Source: Diplonema japonicum
Lineage: Eukaryota > Protista > Euglenozoa: Diplonemea
Direction: 5' to 3'
NCBI GenBank assembly: GCA_964019335.1
Contig: OZ025665.1
Span: forward strand, 1 to 64,000
Length of the DNA stretch: 64,000 nucleotides
The position numbers and the translations under genes were made by a program. Position 1 is the stretch's first letter, and every line of letters starts with the position of its first letter. A model generated the notes under the pieces. It saw nothing but the letters and a program-made list of their open reading frames with translations, was not told where the DNA came from and searched no databases. Below, in pieces: positions 32,668-44,470 of the stretch.

Positions 32668-34864
32668 TCACAGCACCATGACCGTTGCGTTGCCTGAGCC
32701 GCCTATCATGAGGCCCTCAGTCAGCATGTCGGAAGGGCTCTTGTCCTTCTCGGTGGTCTCCCGCTTATAATAGTTCACCTTGCACTCCAACAGCCTCTGC
32801 AGGTTCTTGAACCACTCCATCTGCTGCAGGTTGTGGTCGTGGTTCTGCTCGATATCCTTCTTCTGAATGCGCAGCTGCTGGCTCTTCTGCTCCAGCTGCT
32901 TCGTTGTCGACTCGAACATCTTGCTCCACGTGTCGTAACGCTCGTCCAGCTTTCGTTCCCCGTGTGCGAAGTCTTTCTCGTCCTTCACCCTGTTCCACGC
33001 GATAGCAGCTATGTTCAGCTGGCAGTTCAGTCTGTGGTACAGCGACTCGTTCAGCTTGCACTCGCTCTGGTACTGGTCTACCTCCTCCTGCAGCTTACCC
33101 GTCTCGCTCTCCAGCCTGCCTTGCTCTGCCTCATATGTGTCCTTCTTCGCTTGGTAGGCCGACTCCACCACCTGGGCCTTCTGTCTCCTGTTCCTTAGAT
33201 CCAAGATCTGCGGTGCCAGTTTCACCCGTCTCTCTTGCAGATCGCTGATGAACTGTTTCACAACGTCCGACAGCTTCTCTAGCTTGTCCGTCTTCTGCTC
33301 GTCCAGGCCTTGCATCTCCGCGTCCAGCGTTGCCATCCTCTGTTCCGTGTGGAGGAGGCCCTGGTATTCCTTCTTGTCAACCTTCGCAAGAAGTAGCTCC
33401 TCCGTCCGCTGCAACACACCGTATTCGGCACGAAGCTCGCCCAGCTCAGCACCCATCCGCTTGTAGTTGCTGTAGTTCTCTCGAAGGGAATTCACGTACT
33501 TCACAAAGTCTTCGCCTTTGGGTATCTTCTCATTCGAGAACCTGCTCAAATCGTCTTCTTTGTGCTGAATCTCCGTCTTTACTCTAGAAATCTCACTCTT
33601 CACTGTCTGCAATTCCTCATGGAACCCTGCCTTCCGCCCTGCTGTCAGAGTGGCCTGCTGTCTGAACATCTGCAGGCGCTGTGCTTCCTTGTCTTTCATC
33701 ATTTCTTCCTTCTTCTTCTTGAGCTCTTGTATCTCTGCCTCGTAGTTCTGAATGTCCTGCTGCAGCGCAGCAAGGTCGATGGTCTCGTGCATTGCAGTGT
33801 GCAGTGTGTGCAGCTGGTCCCTCTTCCTCTCGATGTCTTTCGGGAGCTTGTCTTGAATTAGCATCTCGTTCATCTTGATGTCCTCTTGCATCTTCTTGAT
33901 CATGTCCTCATGGTTGAAGGACACAAGGTCACGCCGCAGCTCTTTCAGGGTTTGGTCAGAGGCAGCGAGCTTCATCTCTGCGTTGTGCAGTGCGTTCGCC
34001 TGCGTCTCAAGTTGTTCATTATTCTTCAGCTGGTCTTCCTGTGCCTGTCGCAGAGTCTGCGCAGCCTTCAGCAGCCCCTCCCACTGCGGGATCGCCTTCA
34101 GCTTCTCTTTTGTTGTTGTGATCTTCTGCTTGAGCGTTTCCCTCTCCTGCTCCAATGTCTTGATCACCTTCCCAACGTCCTGGGGGTTTGTGACGTTCTC
34201 CCTGAGCTTTTCCACAGTTCTGTGGGTCTGGATGAAATCCTCAATGTGCTGCTTGTATTGACTGTACACCTGCGGTGCATGTTAAGACTATGGACACTGA
34301 CATACCTCCCGCACCCCGTCGTCGCTTGCCCGGAGATCCTCAGGAACCTCTACAGGGATCAGGTACTTCGAGAGGTACACTCGCTTCCTGTTCTGAGGCA
34401 TGTGGCTCAGCACCCAATGCATTATCGGGTACAGGACCTGCTTCTCGCCATTCACAAAATTCTGCTCGAAATCTGCTTTTAACGACTGTTTTTTTATTTC
34501 TTTGTTCCCCTCTATTTTCTTCGCCTGACTTGTTCAATCTCATACGTTAGGCAGCTTATAATTCAAGATTGACTGCAAAAAATTGGTCATCCTGCTTAAT
34601 GAAGTTCCCATTCCACCCGTGGTGGCCTGCTCCTGCACGATATCAATATTCTGCTCCGGCTGCAGCTCAGCAAACACATCGTTGAGTCTCTGGAGCAAGG
34701 CCAGTCCAGTGAAGGAGTCGAACTCAACTGCGGGAATGGGTTTCTTTGTGCCTTGAAGCTGTCATACCTAAGCTGTATTGCGTGTCAAGATACTGGTTCG
34801 TCAACTTCACAATAGTGGATATCTCATTCCCACTGGTTGGCTCTTCGACATCTTCAGCCGACAT
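32668..34864 (-). CDS. IFT81: Intraflagellar transport protein 81
   Basis: YSLVEFDS..LLQRLNDVF, KRVYLSKYLIPVEVPED, QMFRQQA, FVKYVNSLR, EYGVLQRTEELL, KLAPQI.DLR; short introns in the 5' part. Confidence 0.9.
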
Positions 34865-35227
34865 TTTGCTATTCTTTACTGGGTACGGTGCTGCGCTGAA
34901 AAGGGAAATGAAACTATTCTTTATGGCTTGGCTTTCGCTACTTGTCACTGATTAAGGCCGAAACAGAAAGCTATTTATTCTGCTAAACGGGACCCATAGT
35001 GCATGTTGCATCTGACCGCAAATGTCGCGGCCAAAATATGCGAAAGAAAACTGTGTCTTCGTCTTTGGGTCCCCTTTATCCGGGGGAGATTCTTGAGAGA
35101 TCTACAGTAGAAAAGGTTTAGAGAAGAAAAAGGAAATCAGATAGTTAACCGAAATGGTACTACGTAATTAAAGACCGCTTTTCAAAGATCAGCCAACAGG
35201 CAACGCCAATCATTGAGGACGTTACCC

Positions 35228-35500
35228 TCAGGTAAAGGTTGCAAGGACGAATCTCCGATCCCACGCCTTTGGAAATGGAGCGGAAGCTTTTCCATGCCCT
35301 CGCACATCATGGCTTTGGCTTGTCTCTGGTACCTGATGGGGAACTGGGAGGCTTCCTTTCACTCCTCGCTGCCCCCAGTGCTCCTTGTGAATATGCTCCA
35401 AAACATGTGCTGCAGCATGTGCTGTTCTCTTCTCTCCGTGGCCTTCTGGGAAACTACCAGCACCTTTGTGAACGTGTCCTTCGACAGCGATTTTCTCACG
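35228..35500 (-). pseudogene. Possible degenerate integrase Zn-binding (HHCC) fragment
   Basis: KVLVV../VLEHIHKEHWGQRG/..PKAWDR spread over shifted frames with stops. Confidence 0.3.
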
Positions 35501-36227
35501 CCTTGCATCTTGCAACACGTCTGTCTCTGTTGCTTTACTTCAGTCGTAGCTTGGTCTTATCTCCATTTCTTGCCCTGTGATCTCTTTCTCCTTCATTTCG
35601 ACACATGCCTGAGCTCCTGCGGTGTCAACCCCGCTCATGTTAATTATGCATCCTGAAATAAAAAGGTAAAGGGTGTGGACAGTTAAGGCGGGGGGAAAAA
35701 AAGAAACTATGGCGTGAATTTCCAAAAGTCGTTTTCTATATCGTCGAGAACCGGGTCTTTGATATCTTCTTCGGCGAGAAAAAACGGCAGCTGTTGTGCC
35801 CCAAAATAGTGTATTCCACTTTACAACCAAATGCGGTTTTTTCAGGCCCTATGTCCCCAAAAATCGGAAAATCTTTCTTTTAAATCTTCCCCTGGGCCCC
35901 ATCCCATTTAGTACTATACCTTGGAATACTCTGTTTTGACTCGTTTTCTAGAACGAATCAAAAGTAGCGGTGTCACCCCAAAATAATTTTTGACACCCCA
36001 GATTTCACATCTGGTACTATTCCGGGTCGGGGAAAAGATCTGTCAAAAACCTGATCACCTTTTCGCATCTCCGATTAGTGCTGACTCTTGGAAATTCACG
36101 AACATAAAACTATATTCGTTTTTTCTAATTTCACAGAACGAAGTAAAGCTTAACTGACCAAAATAAGGTGACCTTATAAATCTAGGGGCTGAGAAGTAGA
36201 ATACAAAATAGAGAGAGAAACTACTAC

Positions 36228-39200
36228 TCAATTCGAATGGAACGCTTCGTTGGGTTGTCCGTTGGGAGTGTTGGGAAAGACAGTGGACAGCGGGTTAGAG
36301 GGCTGGCCAGATTCTTCTTGATGTAGCGTTGGCTCACCTTCGATTTCAATTTGCTGCGGCGGCTCCTTATTAGACGCAGAACCTGATCTAGCAATCCATG
36401 CCGCGGTGAAGCCCAGCACCACAAGAACAGCTAACGAGGCAATCACGATAGCGGCAATGACCATCGGGCTGAGTGCCCCGCTGTCGTCGCTGCTGGTTTG
36501 CTCAACAGTATCCTTGCAGACTCCAGAAGACACAACACAAGGTGCAACACAATCGGCAAGATTCCTCCCAACACACAACACAGGCACCTCTCTGGGGGTG
36601 GCGGCGGTAGTGTTCCCAGGAACGTACCGTAAGGGCACTTCGGCTGTGCCCTCGTTCACAGAACGTATTTGAAGACTCTTCCTTGTCTGCTCTTTGACGG
36701 GGTCCGTGACAATACCCAACAGTGCATTGAGTCCTTGCAGATCTGCATCGTCCATCAGTGTCACCTGCACGTCGACACCACTAGGTACTTGCGTCTTTCC
36801 CATGACCTTCACAGTCCCCATTCCTTTGTCAATCGACGCTGCAAGCTGGTTCTCCCACGCAGTCCCCACCACCGCCCCTTCCTCTACCCCTACCACAACA
36901 GTCGGGTTTGGCGAGTCTCTGCTGTCCACCACCATCACAAGCAGCAGCACATCCTGCGACACCATCCCCTCCGAGTCCCTCGCTGCCACGGTAAACAGCC
37001 CCTCGCCGCTCGTCCCTTGCCTCGGGAACACCTCCATCACTCCGTCACTTCCGACCCTCGGTGCCGACAGCAAGAACTGCCCTACAGCTTGTGCCATCCT
37101 GACTGCGGGCTCTTTCACGTCAAACATGACGCTCTGAGTTGTTTCCTCCGGCCCTGGCGATATCTCCATAGCCCACTGTCGCTGCCACACAACATTGCTG
37201 TAGAGGGCTATGCCTCTTACAACCGGCGTGAAGGAAGGGGGATCGTTCACAGGTGTGATAGCTATCCGAAACATATGCTGAGCACTCAGGAAGGGACAGG
37301 AGTCACACACTTTATCCGTCGTAGTGATGGTACACTCACTGTCACCGTACTTATTAGGCTGTGTACGGTAGCTCAGGTCACCTGTCGTCCCTGTGGTAAC
37401 CAATGTGGGGGGAACAGCAAACAACACCTCAGAATTAGCACACACAATGTTCACTGAGAGGGTCTGGGAGGCTTCATTGTTGCCTGGACTCAGATTCGTC
37501 ACCCAATCATCAACTACCACAGCCCCTTGGTCTTCCATGCTCACGATAACACTGTCGCTGATGGTGAACTGCGGCTTGTCGTTGATGGGTAACACGTTCA
37601 CCGTGAAGCTTGCAGAGGCCGTTTCGTTGTTCTTGACTGCTGTCACCATAAAAACAGCTGCGCCATTCCTGTCTGCTGCGGGAGTAAAAGAGACATCGGC
37701 CTTGCCGTTCTGAATAGAAGCCACAACTGGCGCCCCTGTAAGTTGCGGGTTGGAACTCAACACGCTCACTATGGCACCATCAGGAATGTCGTATAAATGC
37801 CCCACTAGCGTCGTGAAACCATTGTCTTCGTTAATAGTGACGTCGCCCAGAGTGCTGAGCGACAGTGCTTGTGTCGTAGGAGTCACAGTAACTGTGATAA
37901 GCGTGGTACCCGACGTGTCGTACCCACCATTGGTGGTGCCACCATCATCCTTTGCCCGCAACTGAATCTGTGTTGTGCCTGACTTCCCAGATGCTGGCTT
38001 TATATGCAACATGCCATCAGTGGTTACAGCCACCGTACCCTCAAAGAGGCTGGCCTCGGGTACCGTAACGACGTAACCTACCGACTGAGTTCCTTCGTTG
38101 GCTGGTCCGGAGGTAGCGTCTCGTGCGACTTGAAGTACATTCACACCACTGTCTTGCAACACAGTGACAGCATTAGTCACAATGGTCATCCCTGGGCGAT
38201 CGTTGACCCCAAGCACCTCCAAGGCAAGCACGACAGGCGCTGTACTGTCAATGCCATCGGATGCTATTATCTCTAAACTGTAGGAGCCGTATTGGTCTGG
38301 TGTGAGTGTGAACTCAAGATGGCCTTCAGTTGTGATAACAGGTTGGGATACAAAAGATGGGTTTCCAACCAGTACACCATTCTGTTTGGTTTTAACAGTA
38401 AAGGTGACAGGCTGCTCTTCATACTCTCCGGCAGTCACTTGCACCACTGTGTTCTGAAGAACATGCCGTCCCGTGTCTTCGAGAACCCGCACTTCAGTTC
38501 GCGACAACTGGAAGGTCGGCGGGTCGTTCGAAGGTGTGACATCAAGAATCAAAACCCTCGTGAAGGAGTCTTGCCCACCGTAGTCGGTCCCACCGTTGTC
38601 CTTCAGCACTATGTTCACTGAAGCGACACCAAAAGCATTGGGCTTCACAGCGAACGTGAGGTCCCCTGTCGCCATGTCAACTTGTGGCAGTTCCAGAAAC
38701 ATATCGGGTTTGTCAGTACTTGTAGTGAGAGAGAGAAGCTGCTGCATGTGTTCATCCGAAGGTCCTGTGATAAAGGTGTGCGCCCAGTCACGAACTCTCT
38801 GCGGAGGAGAATCCTCAGGCAAGGTGAGGCGCTCGGTGAGAACAGTGAAGTGTGGCCTGTCGTTCACAGGAGTGATATTGATTGTGATTGGTCTGCAAGT
38901 CCTGCTGGAACCCCCACCATTGTCCTCAGCGCACACCTCCACCGCAACACTTCCACTACTATTCGCTGCGCTCTGATACACCAGCGCACCTCCAGTTACA
39001 ATAGGCTGAGCCGAAAAGAGCTTCTTGTCACTTTCCTTGACAATCACGCTAACACCAACTACTTGGCTGCTCTCCAGCGGTGGGCCTGCGCTCGTTGTTG
39101 CCCACCCATCCACTCGAACTAGTCCCGCGTCCTCGAGAGACGAAACGGTACTTGTAGCAAGCACCAATACAGGAGGGTCATTCACTTCAGTTACTTGTAT

Positions 39201-42200
39201 CGTGAACACGCATGTCTGGGACACACCCCCAGCAGCATCCTCTAGCTGCAACGTAAGCGGAATGCTACCCGAGAAGTCTGCCGCAACGCAGTAAGAGAGA
39301 GAAGCAGTAGATGGTGATCTCCGAGGAGTTACAGGGATCGCCAGCGTTGGCTGGTGGAGAAAGGCTGCTTGGTTGTAGTTCGAGAAAACAGCAGTGAGAC
39401 CCTCAGACTGATCTTCAGTTGCGTCCCCCGCTGTGACTGCTGTGGCCCAATCGATGTGAGTCTGCCTATCAGAGCCCCCCGTAAAGCACCCATCTTCATC
39501 CACTACCACGTCACCACCGCATAGCAGGTTGGGGTTTCTATTCCCGTGTACTACATTCAGCACTATCTGCCGAGGCTTCGAAGTATCGTCACCCTGCCTC
39601 GCGGTTCCGCCTGTGTCGACTGCTGTGATTGACAGCGTTGTGCTACCTGTCTTGCCTGGTATGGGTGTAAGTTTCAAGTCCCCCGTGAGTGGGTCGATCG
39701 TCGCTCTTCTCGAAGATGATTGAGCTGCGTGCCCCTCCAGGTACTCGGGGTCGGCAGGTGTTACAATATATGATATGGTTTGTGTCCCTTCTTCGTATCT
39801 TCCCACGTGTGACGTGCTGATGAGGCCGGGTATGGTCTGCTCCCCTTTGTTGTCGACGACAGTCACCGACGGCAACGACAAGGTGAAAGTAGGCTCATCA
39901 TTCTTGGGGAGAACAGTAAGAGTGAAAGTGTCAGAGCCACAGCAGTCCATCGGTGCCCCGTTGTTTAGCGTGCAAGTCACAGTAGTACTCCCATATCTGT
40001 CGTCAGCCGGAGTCAGCGTAAGCGTACCCGTTATAGCATCGATCTGCACTCCACTGATCGTCACGAGGCTCGCATTCGCTGCAACGCAAGAAAACCCTGG
40101 AAGTCCCACTCCCCCAGTACCGTAGTCGATCCCCACTGCCCACTGGATCACAGTATGCTTCCCAGAGTCTTCTACAATAGTAACATCACCTCCTTTAATG
40201 AACGAAGGCTGACGCCCTGCCTCACCAACACGCAACAGAATGTCATTGCTGAACGTCGACACACCACTGCAGCCAACACCATTCGTGCCGTCATCCACCA
40301 CTGTTATAGTGATGGGGATATACGCACCCCCTGTATCCTCACCAGGCTTTAGCTCAAAGGACATAACGCCAGTGGCAAGATCCACCACAGGGTTGGACAC
40401 AAACAAGTTGGAGAACCTCGGATCAGGCGTGACAGTGATACTGGTGATATGCTGTGACGCTTCGCCGGTACCAGGAGAGGGACTTGTGATGGCAGGAAGC
40501 GGTGACGTCCACTTGCAAGCTGAAGCAGGGTCGGAGAGCTGACAGCTCGTTGCAGAAAATCTGTCGTTCAGCACTGTGAAAGATGGCTGGTCGTTGGAAG
40601 GCTTGACAGTTATGGTTGTGGGGGGTGTTACGGTGGTTACGCCCGCCTTGTCTGTCACAGCGAAAGTCACTTCAGACGTCCCGTAGGCGTCAGGGGCAGG
40701 CGTGAAGGAGAGTGCACCTGTGTCGGAGAGAGAAGGCTGCACGGCGAACAGTGTAGGGTTAGTGGCAGTTGCTACGACAGTCAGCTGGTCACCTGCGTCT
40801 ATGTCGCTGAGAGCACCCCAAGCAGGCAGGGTCACAGGCCCTACATCCTCGCACACCGCGACATTGTCACCAGGGGATACCTGTGGCGGGTCGTTCGTGG
40901 GGTTCACTTTAATCTTGAACCGCCGCACAGTAGAATCATCACCACCGCAGTTGTGCTCGCTGCTTGTCCCTCCGTTGTCTAGCACTGTTACCTCCACGAA
41001 AGCCTCACCATTGGCATTGAGCTCCGGTGTGAAGCACAGCTCTGCGTCAGTAGTAGACGTCTTTGTTAATTTCGGCTGCTCGGAGAAAAGGGTCTGAGGG
41101 GTTGTGACCAACGTGATAGACGTGCTTTGCGAAGGTTCGTTGAGCCCTGCAGTAATGCCAGTCGCAAAGGATGGGATGCAAGTCCTGCCGGAGTCTTCAT
41201 TCACCTCCACCAGAGGGAGAGACTTGAAGTATGTGGTAACTGTAGTTGAAGCAGCGCAGCTTGACTGCACACATGCGGTGCGCAACCTGCAACCAGCTGC
41301 GTCCATCGTGAAGCATTCACAAGTAGGCGTTGTGTCACATGTTTGCTGGCAAACGTTAAGCACCGTTGAGACAACGCCGTTCCCTAACAGCGGCACACCT
41401 CCAGAGCCTGTGGTACATTCCACGCCTTGTGTTACGTACTCGTTGGCCTGTCCACCTAGTACTACTGTAGGGGGGTCATTCACGTCAACTACTGTGATCA
41501 CTAGCTTGTCCGTGCGGCTGTTTGGCAGGGGGCCGCCGTCGTTAAGTGTCACTGCCACCTCTGTAGTCCCACTGACACCTGGTGCTGGTGTGAAAGTTAG
41601 CTTGCCAGTTGCGTCCACTTGAGGCTGCCCACCGGCAGTGAACAACGACGTGTCATAAGCACCAAGCGTAAATGTGAAGCCCTGGTTCTCCGGGGGGAGG
41701 AGCTCATTGTCTGCACACAGTGAAGGGCTGAGACCACCAATGCACAGGTCAAGGGCCCACTGGCCATCGTATGGGGCGTCTTCGCACACTACCACGTCGC
41801 CTGCAGGCCTATAGCTAGGGGGGTCATTGATGCTATTTATAGTGATGCAGATCTGAGTTGGTGGGTTAGCTGTATCGACACCTCCATCATTAGTGCCACC
41901 GTCATCTTTGAGCACAACAGAGCATGTCACGCAAGAGGGATTCTTGGTGCTCGTGAACATGTGTGGGGCAGGAGTGAAGGAAAGGTCCCCAGTGAGAGGG
42001 TCGATGGTAGGCTGCGTTGAGAACAACGACTTGTCGGCACAGTCAATAGTGAAAGTGAGAATCTGGTCTTTCTCGCACTCGCCTGGCCCTGGCGTGATAT
42101 CAGTGGCCCACCCTGCGTAGCGGAAGGGGCCGCTGTCCTCATCGACGGTAAGGGGGTCACCTTGCAGAGGGCCTGGGAGGAAGGTAGGTGGGTCGTTTAC

Positions 42201-43907
42201 AGGTTTTATGGTTAACACAAAAGACTTTGTCTGAGAAATGAAGCAGCCAGCGTTAGACTCCCCACCATCATCACGAGCAGTGACTGTGAAAGTGACTTTC
42301 CCGCATGCATTAGGCTTGAGCACAAAGTTTACATCCCTGGCAACGAAGTCAGGGGCATTAAAAGCAGCGTCAGAAGCCCTCCCACACTGCCCTGTCCGGG
42401 GGACGAACTCAACGCAAGGCACTGATGCAGCGTCTAAGAACAACTCTGGTCTGTTGACCGTCACATCGAAGTAGACGCTCTGGTAGGGGTGCTCATTCCA
42501 CCCGCCTTGGTTGATATCATAGATCCAGTCATTCAGAATGCAGCCTGCAGCGTGCCTTGGGCAGCAACATGTGCCGAGGTTGTTCAGGCACCCCGGTGCC
42601 GCCACAACACCACCGCCAGCAGCAAGCTCATTGCAAGTACCAACGGGAGACCCTGTGCATGTGGCACTGTCTTCTAGTATTGTGGCATCGCCTTGCACCT
42701 TGAAGGTCGGGCAATCATTGACAGGTTCGATATAGATGCATGCACGCACAGAGGGGCTCTCGTCACATGGCCTAGTGCTGCATCCAGGCTGGCAGTTGCA
42801 CGACCCGGGCAACACGTACGGGATCCCGTCATCTTCTGCCCGCACATCGTAGCACACCCAACCCCAGTGGTTTTCAGAAGGGTCAGCCTCTAACCTTGCG
42901 TGTGCCCCACCGCTCCTCGTGTCATCCCAACATCGCACATTACATTGAGACGCAGCATCCACTGTCGCTGCAGGGGGCATACCCATCTTGACACATGCAG
43001 GGCACCTCTGTGGAACACCAGCGCACCGAGGGCCACCCCCTATATTAGGGAGTGCTGGGGAGATGGGGTTGGTCTGCAGGGTAGATGGCCACTTGCACCA
43101 GTACCTTCCCTGTACCTCTGCCGCAGCACAACCCTGGCACATCCCGCCTCCATCGTTAGTGTTATAGCATGAAGGCTCTTCGATACCGACGCAAGTGTTC
43201 GGGACACGGTTCCCTGCAGGGTCTTCTGGCCACTGACGACCACCACCGCCGCAACCAACACCAGCACCACCTCCAGGACAATTCTGGATGGGAGCAACGT
43301 TCATGAGACGGCGAGTGGCGAGTGGGCCACGGTCGAAGTAGGTGTCGGGGTCGTTATCGGGGGAGGGAGGCGTGACACGGGGTACGCCTCCGTTGACCAG
43401 GCAGGGGTCGGGGTTGGGGAGCTGTGGAACGCCGTTAAAGAAACGGAACAGGAGGTCCTGGTCGTCGCCGTTGCAGTCTGAGACGCCGCACAACCAGTAG
43501 TCACCGTTCTGCAGTTCACCTTGGTCTTCGTGCATGATAACGGTCGGCCGTGCTGGGTTGAGCGTGAATTCCGGTGGGTGGTTTGCCTCCACAGCGTTCA
43601 CGATGTGCCCCAGTACATGGCTTTTGCGTGGCACGCTGACAGGGAACACAACCCCCAAAGGCCACCCGAACACACGTTGATCTTTATGGATCACTCCCAC
43701 GTATCCATTTCCCTCGTGCACCACTGTCCCTATTGTCCCTAGCAGCTCCTGCATAGAGGCCTCGTCCCACGTGATGTTGTTTTTCAGCTCTCTTATGCTG
43801 GACACTACCTGAACTTCATCTGAGTCTATCCTTACCTTCACCCCTTGTCGAGGTCGGGCGTGCTCGGTCGCACCAATCACAAACAATGCGAGCAGCACTG
43901 CTGACAT
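36228..43907 (-). CDS. 2559-aa type-I membrane adhesin-like protein with tandem cadherin-like/bacterial Ig repeats
   Basis: Signal peptide, Mib-repeat-like segment, Cys-rich region, many ~110-aa repeats ending in (V/I)ND.P, a PAN/apple-like insert and a C-terminal TM helix; no introns. Confidence 0.88.
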   Translation of the reverse strand: MSAVLLALFVIGATEHARPRQGVKVRIDSDEVQVVSSIRELKNNITWDEASMQELLGTIGTVVHEGNGYVGVIHKDQRVFGWPLGVVFPVSVPRKSHVLGHIVNAVEANHPPEFTLNPARPTVIMHEDQGELQNGDYWLCGVSDCNGDDQDLLFRFFNGVPQLPNPDPCLVNGGVPRVTPPSPDNDPDTYFDRGPLATRRLMNVAPIQNCPGGGAGVGCGGGGRQWPEDPAGNRVPNTCVGIEEPSCYNTNDGGGMCQGCAAAEVQGRYWCKWPSTLQTNPISPALPNIGGGPRCAGVPQRCPACVKMGMPPAATVDAASQCNVRCWDDTRSGGAHARLEADPSENHWGWVCYDVRAEDDGIPYVLPGSCNCQPGCSTRPCDESPSVRACIYIEPVNDCPTFKVQGDATILEDSATCTGSPVGTCNELAAGGGVVAAPGCLNNLGTCCCPRHAAGCILNDWIYDINQGGWNEHPYQSVYFDVTVNRPELFLDAASVPCVEFVPRTGQCGRASDAAFNAPDFVARDVNFVLKPNACGKVTFTVTARDDGGESNAGCFISQTKSFVLTIKPVNDPPTFLPGPLQGDPLTVDEDSGPFRYAGWATDITPGPGECEKDQILTFTIDCADKSLFSTQPTIDPLTGDLSFTPAPHMFTSTKNPSCVTCSVVLKDDGGTNDGGVDTANPPTQICITINSINDPPSYRPAGDVVVCEDAPYDGQWALDLCIGGLSPSLCADNELLPPENQGFTFTLGAYDTSLFTAGGQPQVDATGKLTFTPAPGVSGTTEVAVTLNDGGPLPNSRTDKLVITVVDVNDPPTVVLGGQANEYVTQGVECTTGSGGVPLLGNGVVSTVLNVCQQTCDTTPTCECFTMDAAGCRLRTACVQSSCAASTTVTTYFKSLPLVEVNEDSGRTCIPSFATGITAGLNEPSQSTSITLVTTPQTLFSEQPKLTKTSTTDAELCFTPELNANGEAFVEVTVLDNGGTSSEHNCGGDDSTVRRFKIKVNPTNDPPQVSPGDNVAVCEDVGPVTLPAWGALSDIDAGDQLTVVATATNPTLFAVQPSLSDTGALSFTPAPDAYGTSEVTFAVTDKAGVTTVTPPTTITVKPSNDQPSFTVLNDRFSATSCQLSDPASACKWTSPLPAITSPSPGTGEASQHITSITVTPDPRFSNLFVSNPVVDLATGVMSFELKPGEDTGGAYIPITITVVDDGTNGVGCSGVSTFSNDILLRVGEAGRQPSFIKGGDVTIVEDSGKHTVIQWAVGIDYGTGGVGLPGFSCVAANASLVTISGVQIDAITGTLTLTPADDRYGSTTVTCTLNNGAPMDCCGSDTFTLTVLPKNDEPTFTLSLPSVTVVDNKGEQTIPGLISTSHVGRYEEGTQTISYIVTPADPEYLEGHAAQSSSRRATIDPLTGDLKLTPIPGKTGSTTLSITAVDTGGTARQGDDTSKPRQIVLNVVHGNRNPNLLCGGDVVVDEDGCFTGGSDRQTHIDWATAVTAGDATEDQSEGLTAVFSNYNQAAFLHQPTLAIPVTPRRSPSTASLSYCVAADFSGSIPLTLQLEDAAGGVSQTCVFTIQVTEVNDPPVLVLATSTVSSLEDAGLVRVDGWATTSAGPPLESSQVVGVSVIVKESDKKLFSAQPIVTGGALVYQSAANSSGSVAVEVCAEDNGGGSSRTCRPITINITPVNDRPHFTVLTERLTLPEDSPPQRVRDWAHTFITGPSDEHMQQLLSLTTSTDKPDMFLELPQVDMATGDLTFAVKPNAFGVASVNIVLKDNGGTDYGGQDSFTRVLILDVTPSNDPPTFQLSRTEVRVLEDTGRHVLQNTVVQVTAGEYEEQPVTFTVKTKQNGVLVGNPSFVSQPVITTEGHLEFTLTPDQYGSYSLEIIASDGIDSTAPVVLALEVLGVNDRPGMTIVTNAVTVLQDSGVNVLQVARDATSGPANEGTQSVGYVVTVPEASLFEGTVAVTTDGMLHIKPASGKSGTTQIQLRAKDDGGTTNGGYDTSGTTLITVTVTPTTQALSLSTLGDVTINEDNGFTTLVGHLYDIPDGAIVSVLSSNPQLTGAPVVASIQNGKADVSFTPAADRNGAAVFMVTAVKNNETASASFTVNVLPINDKPQFTISDSVIVSMEDQGAVVVDDWVTNLSPGNNEASQTLSVNIVCANSEVLFAVPPTLVTTGTTGDLSYRTQPNKYGDSECTITTTDKVCDSCPFLSAQHMFRIAITPVNDPPSFTPVVRGIALYSNVVWQRQWAMEISPGPEETTQSVMFDVKEPAVRMAQAVGQFLLSAPRVGSDGVMEVFPRQGTSGEGLFTVAARDSEGMVSQDVLLLVMVVDSRDSPNPTVVVGVEEGAVVGTAWENQLAASIDKGMGTVKVMGKTQVPSGVDVQVTLMDDADLQGLNALLGIVTDPVKEQTRKSLQIRSVNEGTAEVPLRYVPGNTTAATPREVPVLCVGRNLADCVAPCVVSSGVCKDTVEQTSSDDSGALSPMVIAAIVIASLAVLVVLGFTAAWIARSGSASNKEPPQQIEIEGEPTLHQEESGQPSNPLSTVFPNTPNGQPNEAFHSN

Positions 43908-44470
43908 GGCCGCCCTCCTGTGATGTGTGTTGGGCAGAAGGAGAAAAACTAAAAAAGATCACATCTCAACATGCTAGGTCAGCCTTGCGCACCTCTTTGG
44001 ACACATAAAGGGAAAGAATGAAAAGAGGAGGGAAAAAAAAACGAACTCTCTGAAAAGTAAAACAAGAGAATGTGAATAAGCACGTAATCGAAACTGTGTT
44101 ACCTTTCAGAAGAGATCAGAGGGGGAAGAAGGGGAACAGATAGAGAAGGGAAAGAAAAGGGGTTCTTTTCTTTTAAGCGGCATGCAGCGATGTACAGCCG
44201 CATTCAAGGGTAAGACAACTCATGCAAAAATGAACAGGGGAAAGAAAAAGAAACCGTGTCTGTAACGCAAGAGACATCCGAAGTAGCCTTCAGGCTTACC
44301 TTATCTGCCAACTGTTCCCCATTCTTGTTTCTGCCTAAGCCCACCTGTCTCCTTTTCATCTCTTTTTCCTTTTTCCTCTTTTCAAAAAATCTAAGTTCCC
44401 TCCTAAAAAAAGAAAAGGAAGAAGAAAAAACACTATGAAAACAGCGGGGAAGAAAGAAACAGTCTTTCCC

